Virus record (IMG/VR): IMGVR_UViG_3300030095_001020
Location: 1 to 28,939 of that record
Strand: one strand, 5' to 3'
Length of the DNA stretch: 28,939 nucleotides
Source: a virus
Taxonomy: Duplodnaviria; Caudoviricetes
The first letter of the stretch is position 1; the number at the start of each line of letters is the position of its first letter. The notes beneath the pieces are model-generated. The model worked only from the letters and a program-made list of their open reading frames with translations, had not been told where the DNA came from and searched no databases. Positions 7,095 to 14,055 of the stretch are shown piece after piece. Both the position numbers and the translations under genes were made by a program.

Positions 7095-8926
7095 TGGATT
7101 TAATTACTGTAGATTTTGAGACGTATTACGACAAAGACTTCTCACTACGTAAGGTAACAACGGAAGCCTACATACGTGATCCTCAGTTCGAGGTGATCGG
7201 TGTAGGTGTTAAAGTAAATGACAATGAAACGGAGTGGGCTAGTGGAACACATGAACAGATCAAGCGTTACTTACATAATTTCGATTGGGCAAATAGCATG
7301 TTGTTATGTCATAACACTATGTTCGATGGTGCTATTCTTTCTTGGGTTTTTGATGTGCGTCCTCGCGTCCTTGCTGATACTCTTTGTATCGCTCGCGCAC
7401 TGCACGGTGTCGAGGTTGGTGGATCGCTTCATGCTCTTACTCAAAGATATAATCTCGGCACTAAGGGGACAGAAGTCCTAGATGCTAAAGGTAAGCGTAG
7501 GCTAGACTTTACACCTGAAGAGTTAGGTAGGTATGGTGACTACTGTGTCAATGATGTAGAGTTAACGTATAACTTGTTTATGCGTATGGCTAAAGGATTC
7601 CCTAAGCAGGAGATGCGTATAGTTGATATGACGTTACGCATGTTCACAGAACCAATGCTAGACCTAGACATTGGATTACTCCAACAACACTTAGAAGACA
7701 CCCAGAAGATCAAAGAAGATTTGATAGAGTCAAGTGGTGTCACACGTGAACAGCTAATGAGTAACCCTAAATTTGCCGAACTACTGGTATCCCTGAATGT
7801 CGATCCCCCGATGAAAACTAGCCTGACAACAGGCAAAGAAACTTACGCCTTTGCAAAGAATGATGAAGGGTTTAAAGCATTGTTAGAACACGAAGACCCA
7901 CGTGTACAAGCACTTGTTACTGCACGCTTGGGTACAAAAAGCACGCTAGAAGAATCACGCACTGAGAGGTTTATAGGTATTGCTAGACGTGGATTAATAC
8001 CTATTCCAGTGAGGTACTATGCCGCGCACACTGGTAGGTGGGGCGGTGATGACAAGATAAACATACAGAATCTACCTAGTCGTGGTGTCAATGGTAAGAA
8101 GTTGAAGTCCAGTATCATTGCGCCAGTAGGTTACACACTAGTTGATTGTGATTCATCACAGATCGAGGCACGTGTACTTGCATGGTTGGCAGGGCAAGAC
8201 GATTTGGTTGAGGCGTTTGCCAACAAGGAAGATGTATATATAAAGATGGCATCTAAGATATACAACGTCAAAGAAGAAGATGTTACCAAAGAGCAACGGT
8301 TTGTTGGTAAGAGTACGATACTTGGTGCAGGTTACGGCATGGGTGCTGTACGATTTGCTGAACAGTTGGCTACGTTCGGTACAAAGATAGATGTAGAAGA
8401 GGCGCGTAGGATTATACAGATATACCGAGATGCTAATTGGAAGATCAGTCAGTTCTGGCGTAATTGCCAAAACATGTTGGTAGAAATGTCGAGAGACAAA
8501 GCAATTTCGTTTGGAGCTAGAAATATTGTTAAGGCTGTACGCACACAAACAGGTTATGGTATAGAGTTGCCTAGCGGTTTGGTAATGCGATACGATGACT
8601 TACAGTATGAGCAAGGAGAGCGTGGAGTCGAATTTAGTTATATGACTAGGCGCGGACGTACAAGAATCTATGGTGGTAAGGTTACAGAGAATGTATGCCA
8701 AGCCATTGCTAGGTGCATCATGGGTGAACAGATGTTGGCTATAGCTAAAAGATACAAGCCTGTACTCACAGTACACGATTCTGTGGTATGCTGTGTACCT
8801 GATGATGAGTTAGATGAGGCTAGACAATACATTGAAGAGTGTATGAGTACGACACCTTCATGGGCAGAAGGTATGCCTATAACGTGTGAGTCTGGCATTG
8901 GTAAATCTTATGGAGATTGTGAATAA
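7094..8926 (+). CDS. polA: Family A DNA polymerase with 3'-5' exonuclease domain
   Basis: ExoI DFET, ExoII HNTMFD, ExoIII YCVND, TGRW and NIQNLP, motif A DSSQIEAR, motif B RFVGKSTILGAGYG, motif C VHDS. Confidence 0.95.
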   Translation: MDLITVDFETYYDKDFSLRKVTTEAYIRDPQFEVIGVGVKVNDNETEWASGTHEQIKRYLHNFDWANSMLLCHNTMFDGAILSWVFDVRPRVLADTLCIARALHGVEVGGSLHALTQRYNLGTKGTEVLDAKGKRRLDFTPEELGRYGDYCVNDVELTYNLFMRMAKGFPKQEMRIVDMTLRMFTEPMLDLDIGLLQQHLEDTQKIKEDLIESSGVTREQLMSNPKFAELLVSLNVDPPMKTSLTTGKETYAFAKNDEGFKALLEHEDPRVQALVTARLGTKSTLEESRTERFIGIARRGLIPIPVRYYAAHTGRWGGDDKINIQNLPSRGVNGKKLKSSIIAPVGYTLVDCDSSQIEARVLAWLAGQDDLVEAFANKEDVYIKMASKIYNVKEEDVTKEQRFVGKSTILGAGYGMGAVRFAEQLATFGTKIDVEEARRIIQIYRDANWKISQFWRNCQNMLVEMSRDKAISFGARNIVKAVRTQTGYGIELPSGLVMRYDDLQYEQGERGVEFSYMTRRGRTRIYGGKVTENVCQAIARCIMGEQMLAIAKRYKPVLTVHDSVVCCVPDDELDEARQYIEECMSTTPSWAEGMPITCESGIGKSYGDCE

Positions 8927-9117
8927 TGAGTAAAAAAGATATAGAAAAAGCATTAGATGAAATAAATGAATTGGCGGATAAAGCCCTCGAAGAAGCAAAA
9001 GAGACAAAGATGGAAGTCAGAACGTGGTTGAAAGAAGAATGCACCTTTAAGCGTTCAGAAATAATAGTTGTAGGTGTGTGTGTCATAGCGTCTTTGTGGG
9101 TTTTAGGTATAACATAA
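8926..9117 (+). CDS. Small protein with C-terminal transmembrane segment
   Basis: TAATG coupling at both ends. Charged helical N-terminus and hydrophobic tail IIVVGVCVIASLWVLGIT. Confidence 0.75.
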   Translation: MSKKDIEKALDEINELADKALEEAKETKMEVRTWLKEECTFKRSEIIVVGVCVIASLWVLGIT

Positions 9118-9788
9118 TGGGTGCTGCACCGTGGTCATTCAGCAAAATAAAATCCTTTGAACAATGCCCTAAAAAGTTTTATCATCTAAAGGTAGCAAAG
9201 GATTACAAAGAGCCCGAAACTGAGGCTATGTTGTATGGGACTGCGGTGCATTTAGCCGCTGAAGAGTATGTAAGAGATGGGAAACCGTTACCCCCAGAGT
9301 ACGTATACGTAAAAGCCCCGATAGACGCACTATGTGCTAAGAAGGGGGAAAAACTCTGTGAATTGGAAATGGGGTTAACGGCAGACCTAGAGCCGTGTGG
9401 CTTTAGAGACGAGGAAGTATGGTGGCGAGGGATCGCTGATTTAGTTATACTTGATAAAGAAAGCAAGACTGCTTGGGTTATTGACTATAAGACAGGAAAG
9501 AATACTAGGTATGCAGATAAGGGACAGCTTGAGTTGATGGCACTCGCTGTATTCAAACACTACCCCGACATCGAAACTGTAAAGGGGGGGCTTTTGTTTG
9601 TTGTCTGTAACGAGTTAATAAAAGATACGTATGATTCAAGTTCCGCTGGTAAGATGTGGGAGAAGTGGTTAGCTGATTACAATCGTATGAAAATAGCATT
9701 TGAGAATGATGTATGGAACGCTCACCAAAGTGGGCTATGTAAACGACATTGTTTAGTTACAGAATGTGTGCACAATGGGAGGCACTAA
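9117..9788 (+). CDS. PD-(D/E)xK RecB/Cas4-like exonuclease
   Basis: WSFS..QCP, GTAVH, GIADL, IDYKTGK, QLELMA and C-terminal CKRHCLVTEC. Start moved to 9117 by TAATG coupling. Confidence 0.9.
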   Translation: MGAAPWSFSKIKSFEQCPKKFYHLKVAKDYKEPETEAMLYGTAVHLAAEEYVRDGKPLPPEYVYVKAPIDALCAKKGEKLCELEMGLTADLEPCGFRDEEVWWRGIADLVILDKESKTAWVIDYKTGKNTRYADKGQLELMALAVFKHYPDIETVKGGLLFVVCNELIKDTYDSSSAGKMWEKWLADYNRMKIAFENDVWNAHQSGLCKRHCLVTECVHNGRH

Positions 9789-10030
9789 TGAGACGTAGAA
9801 GAAAGAAGCAAGTAAACGCCCCTGTTGGTAGTGAAACGTTTGAAAGAAGAATGGAACGCCAACGTGCTAGACGAGCGTTCGATAAGAAGAATGGTAAGTC
9901 CGCACGCAAAGGTAAAGATATAAGCCACAATAAGATGTTAAAGAATGGTGGCAGTAATAAAGATGGTTACAAATTAGAAAGTCCTAGCAAGAATAGATCT
10001 AGGAATGGGCATAAGCCTAAAAAGAAATGA
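9788..10030 (+). CDS. Small basic HNH-like protein
   Basis: GKDISHNKMLKNGGSN...SKNRSRN resembles a minimal HNH/HNN fold. Start at 9788 by TAATG coupling. Confidence 0.65.
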   Translation: MRRRRKKQVNAPVGSETFERRMERQRARRAFDKKNGKSARKGKDISHNKMLKNGGSNKDGYKLESPSKNRSRNGHKPKKK

Positions 10031-10048
10031 CTCTGCTTGGTCGTGTGT

Positions 10049-10308
10049 AGACGCTTAGCTTGATGCGTCTTTAAATGATGTAGCCAGTTTTGTCCTCCTG
10101 ACTATACGTATGCTACATAAAATCGAGTTAGCTATGGGTATTGATTAAAGTCCCACATAGCAGACCTAGCCCCATCTGCGGCGACATCGGGGCCATTACT
10201 GGGTTCCACGGTTATCTGGGTTATTTGGGTTGCGCTATTTTTATGGGCGCAAGAAATGTAAGTATGTACGTCGTAACAAGTTATCGTAGAGCGAAGACCG
10301 CTTTACGA
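10049..10308 (+). ncRNA. Candidate structured non-coding RNA or leader (strand assumed)
   Basis: The 300-nt gap is the largest in the window and holds at least five stem-loops plus a possible pseudoknot. No known family recognised. Confidence 0.4.
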
Positions 10309-10331
10309 GGTTTACTAACGGAGAATAAAAA

Positions 10332-11867
10332 TTGAAAATTGTAGATAACCGCGCATTGTTACTTAATCTAAGAGCACCCGGGCGGGTGACGAGTTGTATA
10401 CCAAAGAGTAAGACGTTATCAGAACATGAAGTATTAGTTAATTGGGGAGTTGATGAAGTGCAAGTATTGAGAAACATAGGTATAAATGCGCCCTCACCTA
10501 TAGAGGGTAGGTATGAATGGACAGGGAGGTATGACCCCTACGAACACCAAAAGTCCACTGCAAGTTTTATGACTTTGAATAAAAAGTCTTTTTGTTTTAA
10601 TGAACAAGGTACAGGTAAGACAGCCAGTGCTATATGGGCATCGGATTACTTATTGGATCAAGGCAAGGTAAGCAGAGTGTTAGTTATATGTCCTTTATCT
10701 ATTATGGAATCGGCATGGCGTAATGATTTATTTAACTTTGCCATGCACCGTAAAGTAGATGTAGCGTATGGTTCAGCCAAGAAGCGCAGAGAGATAATAG
10801 CAGGTGACGCTGACTACGTAATAATAAATTACGATGGCGTGGAGATTGTACAAGATGCGGTAAGAGAAGGTGGGTTTGATTTAATAATTGTAGATGAAGC
10901 TACACACTACAAGAACGTGCAGACCAAACGATGGAAGACGCTTAACAAGTTAATAAGTAAAGATACGTGGTTATGGATGATGACAGGTACACCTGCGGCA
11001 CAAAGTCCCACTGATGCGTATGGTATAGCTAGATTAGTTAATCCAACAGCAGTACCTAAATTTTTTGGTTCTTTCAGAGATCAAGTAATGGTCAAGGTAA
11101 CAAACTTTAAATGGATACCAAAAGACGATGCTACTGATAGAGTACACAAAGTACTTCAACCTGCCATACGCTACACAAAAGAAGAATGTTTAGACTTACC
11201 ACCTATGGTATATGTAAAGCGTGAAGTAGATATGACGGCACAACAAAATAAATATTATAAAGAATTAAAAAGTAAAATGGTTATGCAAGCGGCAGGAGAA
11301 CAAATCTCAGCGGCAAATGCGGCAGTCAACATGAATAAGTTATTACAAATATCTTCTGGTGCTGTATATACCGATACTGGTGAGGCATTGGAGTTTGATA
11401 TAACAAAACGTTATAAGGTACTGCGTGAAGTCATAGACGAATCAAGTAAGAAAGTTTTAGTCTTTGTGCTGTTCAAACACACCATAGAATTACTTACAGA
11501 AAAGTTACGTAAAGATGGAATATCTACTGAGGTAATCAATGGTGCAGTTCCCGCACCCAAACGCACTGACATATTTAAACGCTTCCAAGAACAAGACGAC
11601 CCCAAAGTTTTAGTAATCCAACCACAGTCTGCGGCACATGGTGTAACACTTACAGCCGCTAACACAGTAGTGTGGTGGTCGCCAACCAGTTCGCTAGAAA
11701 CGTACGCGCAAGCTAATGCTAGGGTGCACAGATCAGGTCAGGATCAAAAATGTACCGTTGTTCACCTGCAAGGATCGTTCGTAGAAAGACGTGTTTACAC
11801 GTTATTAGACAATAGAATAGACGTTCACACAAAAATGATTGACTTATATAAAGAAGTTCTTGACTAG
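10332..11867 (+). CDS. SNF2-family (SF2) helicase
   Basis: EQGTGKT, ICPLS, DEATH, TGTP, SAAHGVTL and QANARVHRSGQ. TTG start with GGAG RBS. Confidence 0.95.
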   Translation: MKIVDNRALLLNLRAPGRVTSCIPKSKTLSEHEVLVNWGVDEVQVLRNIGINAPSPIEGRYEWTGRYDPYEHQKSTASFMTLNKKSFCFNEQGTGKTASAIWASDYLLDQGKVSRVLVICPLSIMESAWRNDLFNFAMHRKVDVAYGSAKKRREIIAGDADYVIINYDGVEIVQDAVREGGFDLIIVDEATHYKNVQTKRWKTLNKLISKDTWLWMMTGTPAAQSPTDAYGIARLVNPTAVPKFFGSFRDQVMVKVTNFKWIPKDDATDRVHKVLQPAIRYTKEECLDLPPMVYVKREVDMTAQQNKYYKELKSKMVMQAAGEQISAANAAVNMNKLLQISSGAVYTDTGEALEFDITKRYKVLREVIDESSKKVLVFVLFKHTIELLTEKLRKDGISTEVINGAVPAPKRTDIFKRFQEQDDPKVLVIQPQSAAHGVTLTAANTVVWWSPTSSLETYAQANARVHRSGQDQKCTVVHLQGSFVERRVYTLLDNRIDVHTKMIDLYKEVLD

Positions 11868-11888
11868 TACGCAATCATACGCTATCTT
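11860..11888 (+). promoter_or_regulatory. Putative sigma70-type promoter
   Basis: TTGACT (11860-11865), 17-nt spacer, TATCTT (11883-11888), upstream of the RBS at 11906-11910. Confidence 0.55.
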
Positions 11889-11916
11889 GGTTGTCCCTTT
11901 GATGAAGGAGCGTAAA

Positions 11917-12315
11917 ATGTGGGAAGAAAAGTTGAATGCTGAGAAGTTGACCGCTGTCTACTTAAAGATTAAAGACAAGCGTGCAGAGTTATCAGCAGAT
12001 TTTAAAGAGAAAGACACTGAGTTAGTTGAGCAATTAGATAAAGTTAAGAAGGCTTTGTTAGCATATTGTGAAGAGCAGGGTGTCGATAGTGTAAGGACTT
12101 CAGCGGGATTGTTTTATCGTTCTGCGAGAACACGTTACTGGACTAGTGATTGGTCTTCAATGCACGAGTTTATTCTTGAGCATGAAGTTCCAGAGTTGTT
12201 AGACAAGCGTGTTAATCAGGGCAACATGAAGCAATACTTAGAAGAAAACCCCGACCTTGTACCTAAAGGTCTTAACGTAGATTCTGAATACGTTGTATCA
12301 GTAAGGAGAAAATAA
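11917..12315 (+). CDS. Phage replication-module hypothetical protein with N-terminal coiled coil
   Basis: AGGAG at 11906-11910 supports ATG 11917 rather than 11839. Heptad-like N-terminus followed by SVRTSAG and DWSSMHEFI. Confidence 0.8.
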   Translation: MWEEKLNAEKLTAVYLKIKDKRAELSADFKEKDTELVEQLDKVKKALLAYCEEQGVDSVRTSAGLFYRSARTRYWTSDWSSMHEFILEHEVPELLDKRVNQGNMKQYLEENPDLVPKGLNVDSEYVVSVRRK

Positions 12316-12590
12316 TGTCAGATAATTTTGTTCCAGTCGGTGCGGTAGCCGATAAGTTTAGTGTATCTAAACACACAGTCCGAATGTGGTTGCGTAAGGG
12401 CAAGATACCCGAAGACTTGTATATAAAGATAGGTAACACATACCGCTATAATCTTCAAGGGATCGAAAACGTCTTTTTGAGTAGCAACAAAGATTACAAA
12501 TGTGGTACTGACTTTGATGTTGCGGAGTTCAAAGAGTCAGAAGGGTATAAAAAGCTACAGGATGTAGACATGCTAGATGAAGACTTTTAG
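12315..12590 (+). CDS. Helix-turn-helix DNA-binding protein (excisionase/MerR-like)
   Basis: VGAVADKFSVSKHTVRMWLRKGKIP..IKIGNTYRY, with an acidic tail. Confidence 0.85.
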   Translation: MSDNFVPVGAVADKFSVSKHTVRMWLRKGKIPEDLYIKIGNTYRYNLQGIENVFLSSNKDYKCGTDFDVAEFKESEGYKKLQDVDMLDEDF

Positions 12591-13252
12591 TGAAACGGAT
12601 AAGCATCCGTGGTGGTGAGTTTAGTTTACTTGGGGATAGTCAACAAGAAGTGCTATCGTCAGACAATATAAACGTAATCATTATAAATGCGGCACTGGTA
12701 TCAAGATCGTACTTTGGCAATGAGTTTGACCCTAACAAGTCTACTGCCCCAGTATGTTGGTCTGATGATACTCAAAGGCCATCTCCAAATGTACCCGAAG
12801 AAAACATTCAAGCACGTAGGTGTATGGATTGTACGCAAAACGTTCGTGGTTCTGGTGGGAATGGTGGTAGGGCTTGTCGGTTTCAACAACGACTAGCAGT
12901 TGTATTTGAGGGAGACCTCGAAGAAGTGTATCAGTTGCAGATACCCGCTAGTTCTATTTTTGGTAGGGTAGTGGATGGCAATATGGGCATGCAAGAATAT
13001 GCTCGTCATCTATCTTCACACGGTACAGCAGTAATTAGTGTTGTCACAAACATTTTGTTTGATAAAGACAGCGTTGTTCCAAAACTTTATTTTAAACCTA
13101 TTCGACCTATTGATACGGATACAGGAATAAAAGTAGCAGAGATGGTAGTACACGAAGATACTAAGCGTGCAATTACATCGTTTGTACCTGTTACTAGTGA
13201 ACCTTCACCGTTTGGTACGGTAGATGGTGGGTTTGACATAAACGCAGATTAA
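12590..13252 (+). CDS. Cys-motif phage protein (possible Zn-binding ssDNA-binding/annealing protein)
   Basis: PVCWSDD, CMDC and GRACR give four Cys. GTG start overlaps the upstream TAG. Function is inferred from context. Confidence 0.6.
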   Translation: MKRISIRGGEFSLLGDSQQEVLSSDNINVIIINAALVSRSYFGNEFDPNKSTAPVCWSDDTQRPSPNVPEENIQARRCMDCTQNVRGSGGNGGRACRFQQRLAVVFEGDLEEVYQLQIPASSIFGRVVDGNMGMQEYARHLSSHGTAVISVVTNILFDKDSVVPKLYFKPIRPIDTDTGIKVAEMVVHEDTKRAITSFVPVTSEPSPFGTVDGGFDINAD

Positions 13253-13272
13253 TTTAATTAAGGTAAATAGTT

Positions 13273-13974
13273 ATGGCTAATCAAAATAGCACTTTTATGA
13301 TACAAAACGTTGAGGCGCAATGGCCTCGTATAAATAAACCCTATCGTTTCGATAACGCTGAGAATCGCACAGTACCCTGTGACGCGTTTGACGATAACGC
13401 CAAGTACGAAATGAAATTCCGCATGACTAAAGATCAAGCTAAGGCTTTGTACTTAGGTATGTGTGAAGCGTATGAGGCTAAGAAAGAGAAAGGTTGGCCT
13501 GAGAAAGTAGACATGCCTTTCAACAAAGACGATGATGGTATGTACACCTACAAAGCTACCCTCAAAGGTGCTTATGGTAAAGAGGCTACATTAAAGCCTG
13601 TACAATATGACTCGAAAGGAGTTAAACTACCTGATGACTTCATGCTTACTACTGGCAGTACAGTTAATATTGCTGTGGTATTTGTACCTTACAATATGCG
13701 TGAAGCAGGTATTTCCCTACGTTTGAAAGCGGTACAGGTTATTAAGTATGTACCAATGGAAGCATCATCACCCTTTAGTGCAGTTGAGGGTGGGTTTGAA
13801 TTTACTTCAGAAGATAATCCCTTTGAAGTTGTAGAAGCTAAACCTACTACCAATGTTATTGAAGGTGAGTTTGGTGATACACCCGAGCCTAAAAAAGTCA
13901 GTAAAAAAGCAGCACCGAAACCAAAAAAGACTGACTCTGATCTTGCATCAATCGTAGACGATTGGGACGACTAG
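13273..13974 (+). CDS. Single-stranded DNA-binding protein (T7 gp2.5/DUF2815-like)
   Basis: GSTVNIAV and GISLRLKAVQVIKY match the gp2.5-type OB fold. Acidic aromatic tail IVDDWDD. Confidence 0.8.
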   Translation: MANQNSTFMIQNVEAQWPRINKPYRFDNAENRTVPCDAFDDNAKYEMKFRMTKDQAKALYLGMCEAYEAKKEKGWPEKVDMPFNKDDDGMYTYKATLKGAYGKEATLKPVQYDSKGVKLPDDFMLTTGSTVNIAVVFVPYNMREAGISLRLKAVQVIKYVPMEASSPFSAVEGGFEFTSEDNPFEVVEAKPTTNVIEGEFGDTPEPKKVSKKAAPKPKKTDSDLASIVDDWDD

Positions 13975-13984
13975 TCCAAAAACT

Positions 13985-14027
13985 TAGCTAGGTATAACCG
14001 AAAAGGGCGCATCATGCGCCCCTGCTA
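13985..14027 (+). other. Intergenic stem-loop between the SSB and primase genes
   Basis: GGGCGCA-TCA-TGCGCCC (14005-14021) inside TAGC/GCTA. No U-tract follows. Confidence 0.5.
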
Positions 14028-14055
14028 TCTCCACCCTCGGAATTAGGAATGTATT

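Noticed and set aside
10141-10335. 64-aa ORF in the structured intergenic region
   Set aside because: TTG start with no clear RBS and atypical composition. The region is better explained by RNA or DNA structure, though the ORF is not fully excluded.
12315-12590. Excisionase-like HTH as proof of a prophage
   Set aside because: No integrase, att site or host gene is present in the window, and this HTH class is common in replication modules.
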